Assembly (NCBI RefSeq): GCF_004010195.1
Contig: NC_057755.1
Coordinates: 6,121,474-6,185,473 of the forward strand
From: Chiloscyllium plagiosum
Lineage: Eukaryota
Direction: 5' to 3'
Length of the DNA: 64,000 nt
The notes under the pieces are model-generated. The model did no database searches. It was not told where the DNA came from and worked only from the letters and a program-made list of their open reading frames with translations. This document shows positions 52,091 through 62,450 of this stretch, piece by piece. How positions within the stretch are numbered: position 1 is the stretch's first letter; the number at the start of each line of letters is the position of its first letter. The translations under genes and the position numbers were made by a program.

Positions 52091-54095
52091 CACGTAAACA
52101 CACCCCATGCTTTTTGTTTGTGTCGACCAAGCATAAGAATTTCAGAATATTGCAGGGTGGAAACCAGCATGCTTTTGATATGATAGAGATGTCCCTGCAT
52201 ATGGTCTGAAAATTAACATTCATGTAATAGAGGGCCAACAGCAGTTAATTCCTGTGAACCTTCGAACAAGTTTGGAAAGTATTAATGTAACTGCATAACA
52301 ATTAGTCTCATCAACAAATATTTCAGTGTGAAAGGAATCTGAAGACCAGGTTGCACTCGTGATAATTTCTGTATAAACTAAAGGTGATGTTCTATGACAT
52401 GAGTCGTGCCTCACGTAATGAAACAGTGTCGATGTGATCGATGTGAAGCTCTGAAATGAATGAATGTCGCAACCGTGGAACCATCTCTGTTTTCTCATTT
52501 GCGTCTGTGATTCTACCCTTTAGGTTCACGAAGAATGCAGAATATTTTGGCTGCAACACAAAATTATTCAGGGCGTAAATATTCCTGGTGAATTAAAATG
52601 CCAAAAAGTAAGTTCGATGTTGTACAATATATTATTCTCCGATGGAGCACACTTTAGCTTTAACCAACGTGTGGCAAATCGAGTTTAACGTAGCTAAATG
52701 TGTGTTGCTGCAATTTAGTAAGGCAAATTAGCGCAGTGTTCTGGAAAATATTACCCAAAAAATAGAGCTTATGATACCGAATCACACTTCCTTGAAAGTG
52801 GAGTCACAGGTAGACAGTGAAGCGAAGGAGGCATTTGGTACACTAGCACTTTCCGATACTGATAGAACACTTATGTAATTCTAAGTAAGATTTTTACATG
52901 ATTGATGAAAGAAAAATATTGGGCATTTTCCAACAAATTGCTAACTTACACCATGGAAACAGTTGTTGAGAACCTTGGATCAGGCCACAGCTGTTTGCAA
53001 AGCGCACATGCTTTTTGCAACTGAACTTTTTGCCTAATGGCTTTGCATTATTTATTATCACTCTCTTTTTTCTTGATATCCCGCCCAAGGAATTGAAGTG
53101 AGTGGGCTGGTGGTTTTTGTGGGTCAGTGAAAGCCATTAAGCTAGATGAACAATCAATGGTTTATCTTCAATAACTGCAGAAGAAAAGATAAATAAAAAA
53201 ACGATACATGCAGCACATAATATAAAACGTCTGACTATTTTATTATTGAACTACTTAAATCGTTCCAGTTCGAAAACGACACTTACTAAAATTGTACATA
53301 GACAGGTATTCACAATAATCTGGATAGTTGTTATCAACAACGATTCTTACTTTTCACAAGTATGCAAGAATAGATATTTCCAATGGTATTCTTCAGGATG
53401 TCTACTTTATCTGATACCCATTTCAACACTGCAAAACATTAACCGAAAGGCAGTACATCATACACAGAAAGCAGTTAAATCCAAGCAGTGATGAAACATC
53501 AGCTGAGGAGGTAGAGTAAAATTACAGAGACAAGTCAACTGATTTGATCCAATAACCGAATGGCTGAAATAACATCTGTGCAGTTGTGATCAGCACCAAA
53601 CATTATCTGGCACAGTCTAACATTTACAAATGTTCGATTATTACTCTTATTTACCGAGCAGACCAACCAGCGCAAGAATTATGTTGTGCACTTTCCTTCG
53701 ATTGTACATTTGAAAAAGCCATTTCTACGTTAATAAGTATTGCTTTGTGCTGCTATTAATCCCTTCGTAGTTAATTCTGTGATGATAAAATCCAAGTACC
53801 ATTCATTTAAACCTTGTGAAATTTCCATGGTGGTGTTGTGCTTGTCACAATTTCTGGCCAATCGTGAAGCCCAGGATGTTTGCCATGATTAAATCTGAAA
53901 GATTAAGTTGCTTTTGTCTTGTAGGCGAGCTAGCTCATGGCAACTTCTAAAGAAAATGGAAATAATCCGTTTATGACATGTGTTAGATTGCATTTCATTG
54001 AAGTGGCACATTGCACTCAGACACAATTGCACAACTCTGACATTAAGGTCTATTAGATAGGGAATGTAGCAAATGATGTTCAAGACATTTGGGGG

Positions 54096-54512
54096 ATGTG
54101 GGAAGCAGAATTGTTGACGATGTTGAAGAAAGTAAGACCACCTAAGTCTGAGCTGCACTGTACAGTGATATTTGATGAGTCTGAAAATGAGATCTTAGAG
54201 AGGCAGTGGGAGCAGGAAGTCACCGCTCCACAACATTTCAGAAGTGAAGCAATAGTATTAGGGGAGCAGGGAGTGATTCTGCAAATAGAGAGAAATGTAT
54301 TCCAGGAACAGTGGTGTAGTGTACCATGTGCTGCACCACATGTAAAATTACTGGTAAATAAGGGATATCAATCTAAAAAATTAGGACCTATGACCAGGCA
54401 TGTAGAAGCAGTTATGGAATTGCATATGCTCAAGGCAGGGGTTTGGGAATCCGAGAAAGGCAGCTATATTAAAATCCTACCATGCTGCAACCTGACAAAG
54501 AATCGGAAGTAA
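54096..54512 (+). pseudogene. Putative 2H (CNPase-like) phosphoesterase domain of the ERV pol
   Basis: ELHCTVIFD (His at 54156) and APHVKLLV..G (His at 54339; one base from HVT), 61 aa apart, directly upstream of RT. Confidence 0.65.
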
Positions 54513-54569
54513 ATCAATGTAACATCACAGCAGAGCATGCCAGTGACAGTGGAGGAAGATGATCAATAT

Positions 54570-56200
54570 GGTAATGAGCAATTGGATACATTACCAGCCA
54601 TTTGTGGTCACAGCATAATACAGATGTGGGGAGAGTGAAATCAGCTTGCCGTGTGGAAATAAGGTTGAATCCACGAGCTATTCTGCCTTGGAGACCGCAG
54701 TGTCCTGTAAAACCAGAGACAGAGAGGATATTGTAGAAACAGTACAAAGATTGCTGAAAGCACGTGTACTTAAAGAAACGTGTAGTCCCTGCAACACTCC
54801 TTTGTTACCAGTCTTAAAGGCAGGCGGGTCAAAATGGAGACTTACACATGATTTAAGAGCAGTAAATGAGGTAGTGAAGGCCAGCAGTTGTTCCTAATCC
54901 ACACATATTGCTAACTAAAGTACCCCACACAGGCAACTTGATTCTCTGTGGTAGAGTTATGTTCTGCTTTTTTTTAGCAATCCCCTAATTCAGCACACAG
55001 AATCAGGGGTAATCAGGCAGCGGATGAAACGGATAAGATAGTGTCGGGTTGTTCTTCATCTGATATCGCGCCACCGGTGCAGATAGATCCAGAAGCGAAT
55101 ATCGAAGACCTCAATGAAATACAGGGGAGGGCTACACTGGCAGAGCAAACACTATGGGAGCAGAGGGGTGCGAGGCAGAATCAAGAAGGTTTATAGACCA
55201 CAGAGGAAGCTTTATGGGTAGCACCCACCCCGTTGTTGACAATTCTTATTTCAGAGGCGCATGGATTTGATCACTGTGCGCGAGGGGAAGTGCTGAGGAA
55301 GATAAAGCAGCATTGTTTCTAGTCACCCTACCTGCAGGCTTCATGAAACTATTTATTTTGACAATGTGAGGTGTGTGCCCAGTGCACTATTAGGAAGTAG
55401 ATGACGATCCCTTTAGGAACATACCAGTGCCTGAAGATCCACTTAAAAAATTAGTAATTGACTTGATGAAAAAAAGGTGAGAGGGAAAAGGTACATGTTA
55501 GTGGTGATTGATAGTTTTATTCGATGGGTAGAAGCTATCGATTCCAAAGATGCAGGAGCTCGGAAGTACTGAATATTCTGACGAATGAAGTTATAACAAG
55601 GTTTGGTATACCATCGGAAACAGTTCAGACATTGGGTCTGCCTTCATTAAGAAAGTAGTTAAGTTGGTGTTTGTCTTTGAGAATCACGCAGAGGTTTGAG
55701 TGCGTGCATCATCGCCCATAGCAGGGATTTGTGGAAAGGATTAATGAGACATTGAAAGCCAAATTAAACAAGATCTGTACAAGCACCAACCTTAATTGGG
55801 TTGATGATCTGGCGCTGGCATTAATGAGTTAACACATGCAGACTAATTGCATGACCAATCTAACAACACATAAGATGCTTACAGGTACATCTATGTCAGT
55901 GCCTAAGTGGAGAAGCCCAAAGAAGGTCCGAGCTTGGACAGTTAAGCTTAGACCTTTAGCAATATATGCAGCAGCTAACCATGATACATGAGACTATCCA
56001 CATGCAGGAAACACACAGTGAACCGACACTTGTCAACGGGGAAGGACATATTAACCCAGGGGATTAGGGTTCCGTGCAGGTTATCCGAAAATGCTGGAAC
56101 AAGGTGAGGAGAGTGGGACTTTCGTATTGACGAAATCATCACCTACTTCCATCCAAGTGGAAAGACGACACATATGGTGCAACCATAATCATTGTACTAA
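54570..56200 (+). pseudogene. ERV pol remnants (RT N-terminus, RNase H end, integrase)
   Basis: SPCNTPLLPVLK..KWRLTHDLRAVNE; GNQAADE; zinc finger AHGFDHC..CEVC; core [29 protein letters not shown]; multiple frameshifts. Confidence 0.9.
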
Positions 56201-56239
56201 CACTCTCCCACCGGCACAAGCTATCTCTAACACTGAGGT

Positions 56240-57890
56240 AATTGGAGCTGAGGCAGAGGAACGTAGAGATGGGCAGGGCACACAGGGGGCTAGTACCCCT
56301 CAGCAGGCTTCCGACGAAGGTAAAGATGGCGTTCTTGGGGATAAATATTACTCCAAACATGATAACAATGCAAATGTGGAGCATGGATCTTCTGCTGGCA
56401 GCAGGGATAGGGAACACATGTGTACGCCCCTAATACCCCCGATCTGATGCCAGACCTGCATGCTCATACTTGGAGACAATTACCATAGCACACCTAGACT
56501 GGTAATATCAGGGTCACTCAGGCTGGGAGGCAAAAACAAATTTGAAGTGCAGACGTTGCTGATTTAACATGTGAACGCGCCTATGGCAATTACTGGTGTC
56601 AATGGGTAAACTACACGGCCGTAATGATGGTTAGACAGGACTGTTTCTTGTGTACAAAGGCTACTCCCTCATACTATGTTGTCCCTATGCCCTATAACTC
56701 GACCACCTGTACTCAATGGCATTTGCAGCACTCCAGTCGACCTATTATCCCGGATGTTACATCAACTTACATGCACACCCAATGCCTCTTTTGGTGCCTT
56801 CTACTTCAGGCCTCGGCATTCTATCAGCAGGATGACGCGGCCAGGCATTAACTCCAATGTTGGTATGGCTATAGTACACCGTAGTCCACCAGTAAGACTA
56901 ATTACACGTTCCACGTGGGTGCTTTCAGGATACGGGAAGGGTTGAGTTTTGAATGCTTTAAGCGAAGTGGTTCCACACCAGTAGGCTGTTTTAAGAGTCT
57001 TTGTGGGAATACGATTGAACTGAAGGTGGACCCCACATTTGGGGTTGTCTTAAATTCTAAACGCATTGCACTGGCAGATACTTGGTAGCTGTGTTGTAAA
57101 AAAGGAGGGTTGCACCCGACGCTGCCCGCTGAATGGAACGGCAGCTGTGCCCGTGTAATGCTAATACACTAGGTAGTTATATCACCACAGGCACAGCTTG
57201 ATGCTATGTCACACTCAGCCGAACTAAGCCACGGTATGTTCCTGATCAGATGATTTGGATTGATAGCATAGGACAGCCAAGAGGTGTTCCTAATGCGTTT
57301 TAGGCTGGCAATGAGATTGCAGCAGGCTAAGAGGCTCTTCTCCCAGAGATAGGGGTTAGCAAGAATGCTAAATGGATTAATTCCATTTGCTACAACCAAC
57401 TGAGATTTATCCATTATAACGGCGATGCCCTTGTGGCCTGGAAAAACAATTGAATGCTACTAACAAAATGTCACGGCAACACAGATCGGCCGAGGATTGG
57501 ACACTGGCAGAAAGTATGGTTTGTGTGATGTTTGGGGAGCATTGCTGTAAATTTGTACAGAACAAAACAACCCCTGCGGGATCTTTTACTAAAGAAATGG
57601 AAAAACTAAAGCGTCTAAGACAGGGGCTAAAAGACAATGCGGGCTTTGGTCTTCAGGCTTTTGATTGATTGAATAATCTATTAGGGTTATGGGTAGCATG
57701 GTTTGTCAAGATTGGTCTTATCATTGGTGCGGCGTAATTTATTGTCACCTTCATCTTTTGTTGTATTTTACATTTTATTAAGTCTTTTTAAGTTTGCGAT
57801 ATGACACGGCAAACTGTGGTCAGTTCATCTGCCCCCAAAAGTGATTCCTCCACTGACGGAGCCCCACCACTCTACTTTTATGATCTGTGA
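56240..57890 (+). pseudogene. ERV env remnant (gamma-type TM)
   Basis: DCFLC in SU, LPAEWNGSCA, IDSIGQPRGVPN, CX6CC motif CVMFGEHCC, hydrophobic TM segment ~57680-57780; stops and frameshifts. Confidence 0.85.
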
Positions 57891-58180
57891 AGTGCCACGG
57901 TGCAAGGAATGTAACCACTAGGGGACATCGATGATACTTATGAAGTGTGCGCGGGTCCTAGATTGTGAGGAATCTTGGGACTTCTTTTCCTGTTCTGATA
58001 ATTGGAGGACAGGTATTTGGCCCAATGGACCCCCCGAACGGAGGAAGAACCCATTAATTTCCAGACTCCGAAAATTATTTAGTCTGTATAGGGATCTACA
58101 TTGTTTGCATTGGGGGCAAGAGTGGCTTACCTTTTTGCCTTCTTTCTCTAGGTGAGACCATTAGGTCTGAAAGGGGGACA

Positions 58181-58931
58181 TATGGAAAATAAAGAGCATG
58201 AAAGCATGGGAAGTGTCAAAGCATGAAGATCAGTGGAGAATTGTTGCAAGGCTTGTATGGAGGATAATATAAGGATAGTGGAGTGCTCATACACCAATGA
58301 GCAGAGTAAGATTGAGGCTGAAAGATCACTGTGGCGGGTTGAGATAACATATTTAGTAAAGTCAGCTCCCTGATAAATATCATCATGGCAGGATCGGACG
58401 ATAAATATTTGGGACATGGAATTAAAGATCTAATTAGTAGATAGTACAGTCAGCTTGATACAGGACATTATTGTAATAGATGGAATAGCTAAGTATCAAA
58501 TCTTGACAGGTAAGTCTGGAATGGAAAATCGTTGCAGCAGAGGTGAAAACAAATATCTAATCATGACATTAGGAAAATATTGAATAGAGGCTGGAATTAA
58601 AGACCAAAGTTGCAAAAGCTCACACTAAATATGTAAGCCGGACTTTAGAATAACATTAAGCAGAATGTAAGAAAAACTACTGGGGCGCAACTAAAGAGAT
58701 AATAGAATCTAACATTTCTGGTTTATTGTGTATTCAGTGATATAGTTGGACATGCTGATAAGCTAACCCAAAAATGATTTTTACAAAAGACATAAAAAAA
58801 CCATGGACCCTGAGGATTGTGGCCATTAGAGAATATGCTTTCTGAGTGTACGGTTTTTTGTTTGCAAATAAAATACATTCTTCTAAAATAATACTCTGTG
58901 TCTCCTGGTGATTCTCTATATTTTCTCCACG
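58181..58931 (+). repeat. ERV 3' LTR (~750 bp)
   Basis: Follows polypurine tract gaaaggggga; degenerate inverted termini tatggaaaat / attttctccacg; AATAAA near 58867. Confidence 0.7.
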
Positions 58932-59850
58932 GCAGTTGCTGGTTTAAATTAAGGAGGAGGTTTTACCACGTGTTGTAACAGTTTGAGGACTCGTCGCCCG
59001 GCATTTGAACTGGTTTAGCCGGATATGAACACATTTGTGAGTACGAAAAATCCCTGCAGATTTGAATATTTGCAGGTTAATATCCCGGACCTTTAGCTAA
59101 AACGTGGATGAGACAATTTGTTTACTTTCGCTGACTTGTGGTTCATTAAATTAAAAGTGAGACAACTGGCTCTTAAAAGTTGTAAAGAGGTTCTGGGATT
59201 TGAAGATGATTCGTAAATTTGCCAAGAACGTTTCGAAGGAAAGAAAACGGCCATACTTTCAGAAATGGCAAAGAAATTAGATTTGGGTTTGGCCAAGAAC
59301 TGGCAAAGCTGAAATTGTAAGGGAATTACACAAATACTTACGTGTCTCAGAGAAACAGACAAGTGCAGTAAAGTACAAGAAAATAAACTACAATAGTGGA
59401 AAATGGAGTTCAAAAATAAATAAAGAGGGAGAGAGGACATACAGAGGGAGAGAAAGGGAAAGAGAGAGAGAGGAGAGGGAGAGAGGGGAAAAGAAAGAGA
59501 GAAGGTTGTTAGGCAACAAAAAGAGAGAGAATTTGAACTTGAGAATTTGCGAGTTAGTCAGCAAAGTCAAGTTTATAGGATGGAGATTAAAAGAGAACGT
59601 AGCGGTGTACAACAAAATGTTAAAATTCTGCCAAATGTTGATGCGAAAGATGTAGAAGCCTTCTTTATTTCATTTGAAAAATTATCTAGGCTGATGGATT
59701 GGTCCTAGAATTTGTGGGTACTGCTAGATCAGGCTAAACTGGTCAGCAGATATAGTGAGGTATTTGTCGCGCTGTCAAGGGGTTCTGAAGAGCTAAAACC
59801 GTCTATTTCAAGTGCTTACGAATTGGTACCAGAAGAATATCGGAAGAGAG
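58932..59850 (+). mobile_element. Gmr1-like Gypsy element: 5'LTR end, tRNA-Pro-like PBS, gag N-terminal part
   Basis: ...tgttgtaaca then tgaggactcgtcgcccggcatttgaac (compare TGGGGGCTCGTCCGGGATTTGAAC); gag LPNVDAKDVEAFFISFEKL..LWVLLDQAKLVSRYSEVF..SAYELVPEEYR. Confidence 0.85.
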
Positions 59851-60597
59851 CCTCACATTCACATACATCTTGTTGCAGAGACTTTTCCTTGTTAACTGAC
59901 TCACTGGAACTATCCAATCACCTGTTAAGCCTATCTTGGTTTGCCTTGCAATTTACTGCAAAACCTATTTTTTTATTATTAGATAAAATAACAGCTTTAC
60001 CCACATTTCATTCATTGATAACATTTATAAAGCTCTGGATCTGGATCTTTTCATACCTACTATTACCAGTGCGATAACCTGTAGATGATCTGTTTATTTC
60101 CACTCTCAGTTTTCTGTTTATCATACATCCTGGCATAAAGTGTTGTTTCCCCATCAGTACTGCGCTCAGTGACGTATGTTAACTCTTTCGTGAATCAATA
60201 ACACCTGTATTTGATTATTCTGTATTGTTGTGCGGGCAAATCCTTTCCTGAACTCAGCCGTTCAACTCCTTTCAAAATGTTCCAACACATCATCCCACTG
60301 CTATTTCAGTTCCTTCAGCATGCTTATTTCATTAGATTTGTGGAGCAAAATGATCGTTCATTACCTTCTGACCTGTCTTACCAACCTGGCATATGTCAGG
60401 AGGCAGCCTATTACATTTCGTTGATGTACCATTCACTAATGAAAATTGATTGTATGGAAAATGTTGAACGTATAACTTTGGAGATCGTTCAATTTCGAAT
60501 GTGAGAGTATGAGAATCACGCGCACACAAATTATGGATGAGTAAAATAATACTTCAAACATGTTTGACAAAAGCCTTTTAAACATTGTGCAATGCTA

Positions 60598-61763
60598 CGA
60601 GCTTTGAGAGGATTTGTAGCACAGGTTGAGACTGTGGTTGTAGACTTGCTCGCTAAGCTGGAAGGTTCGTTTTCAGACGTTTTGTCACCATATTAGGTTA
60701 CATCATCAGTGAGCCTCCGGATGAAGCATGTGGCGACATGGTGCGCTTTCTATGCACGTGTTTAGGTTTCCTTGTGTTGATGATTCCATTTCCTGTTGTG
60801 ACGTCATTTCATGTATGGCTGTCATTTCTCAGGGATTGGTAAATAGGATCCCAGTCAATGCGTTTGTTGATAGGGTTCCAGTTAGAATACAATACTCATA
60901 GGATTTTTTTGCGTCTCTCCGTTTGACTTGTCCTAGGGTGGATGTGTTGTCCCAGTCGCAGTGGTGTTCTTCCTCATCTGTATGTAAGAATACTAGTGAG
61001 AGTGGGTCATGCCCTTTTGTGGCAAGTTGATGGTCATTTTCCCTAGTGACTTGTTTTGTGCTTGATTGTGCAATGCAGTGTTTGTTAGAGTTCTTGGAAG
61101 GTATTTTGTAATGACATTAGCTTTGCATATTTTCTGTGTAGCGTCTATAAAGTTCATTAGCTGCTGGTTTAGTGTGTTGTTGGATTTATGGGCTGCCATG
61201 ATGCCAAGATGTCTGAGTGGTCTGGCAGTCATTTCTGTGACGTATTTGATGTAGATGAGAGTGGCGAGGTTTCTGGACGTGTTTTGTCTGCTTGTTTATT
61301 TTTATTACTGAGAAATCCGCGGCATGTGTTCATTGGGTACACGTTTTATTTAAAATACTGCATAAGTGATTTTCCTCTGGTCTGCGTAGTTCCTCTGTGT
61401 TGCAGTGTGTGGCGACTCGTTGAAACAATGTTCTAATGCAGCTTCGCTGCTGGGTGTTGGGATGATTGCTTCTGTAGTTCAGTATTTGGTCAGTATCTAT
61501 TGTTTTCCTGTAGACGCTGATGTGAAGTTCCTCATTGCCTGTTACCTCTACTGTAACATCATGGAATAGCAGTTCGTTGTTTTTTCTTTCCTCCTCTTTA
61601 GTGAATTTTAAGCCAGTAAGTGTGTTATTGATGGTGTTGGAGGTTTCCTCGAACTTGTTTCATTTAGCATGGTGACGAAACATCTGAAAACGGACCTTCC
61701 AGCTCAGCGAGAAAACCTCCGTCCAGATACTCAACTGAGCTACAAATCTTCTCAAAACTCTCG
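60598..61763 (-). mobile_element. Penelope-like element with inverted ~100 bp termini
   Basis: Minus strand GIY-YIG-region peptide HQLATKGHDPLSLVFLHTDEEEHHCDWDNT; 60598-60700 is the reverse complement of 61665-61763. Confidence 0.85.
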
Positions 61764-61789
61764 AATAACTATGAGAGGAATGCACTAAA

Positions 61790-62450
61790 ACTGGTCTGAA
61801 AATGGAAACCCACTGTTATCTGACAGATAGAGATGAAGAGAGGAAGTAGTGATGCATGCAAATATGTTACAGATTTGCCACATTTTGATGAGAAAGATAT
61901 CGAAGCCTTCCTTATTTTATTTTTAAAAAAAGCTAAGCAGTTGGCATGGCCAGAGAATTTGTGGATAATGCTAGTCCAGACAAAGCTGGTAGGCAGAACT
62001 GTTGAGGCTTTTGCTGCGCTGGTAATAGTGGGTACGAAAAGAGGTTCTGCATATGTGTAAAAGGCTGCTTAGGTGTCTATGAATTGTAACCATAAACGTA
62101 CACAGAGTGATTCAGAAACATAAATCGGGAACCAGGTCAGACTTATGCTCAGTTTCAAAGTATTAGCACAGTTATTTTGGTAGATGTGTGCCGGACTTAA
62201 AAATAGAAAAAACATGTGAGACATGAAGAGAGATTATTCTGATGGAAGCGTTTAATACCTGACTTCCAGATCTTATAAGAATTCATCTGGATGAACGGAA
62301 AATGCGGGTAGTGAGAAGAGCGGCAGAAATGGCAGATGATTATGAAATGACGCAAAAGGTGTAATTTCTGGCATGAATTTCGGCCTATGAGAGAAATTCG
62401 GAGAAGGCGAGATTCTTCACCGCAAAGCAAAGTGTAGATGACACTGCTGA
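61790..62450 (+). mobile_element. Second Gmr1-like Gypsy gag fragment with SCAN-like capsid C-terminus
   Basis: LPHFDEKDIEAF..WPENLWIMLVQTKLVGR; EIILMEAF..LPDLIRIHLDERK..RRAAEMADDYE. Confidence 0.85.

Larger units (their letters stand above)
47630..53709 (-). pseudogene. GPR139-like GPCR copy 4 pseudogene (exon 1 53709-53655, exon 2 48505-47630)
   Basis: Exon 1 MYNRRKVHNIILALVGLLG with GT donor; acceptor AG->CG; exon 2 broken into ORFs 48318-48500, 47900-48151 and 47630-47887 (LSCCTNVLIYAATQSKFR). Confidence 0.92.
54042..58931 (+). mobile_element. Endogenous retrovirus (fish class I / epsilon-like), 5'-deleted and defective
   Basis: Order: 2H-like domain, RT N-terminus, deletion, RNase H end, integrase, env, PPT, 3'LTR; no 5'LTR, gag or protease visible. 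Confidence 0.92.

Noticed and set aside
59420..59530. GA-rich microsatellite (and CT-rich 5000-5060)
   Set aside because: Encodes the E/R/K-rich coiled segment of the Gypsy gag; not an independent repeat.
59850..60590. Possible further LINE fragment after the gag piece
   Set aside because: Too decayed to assign from motifs by eye.
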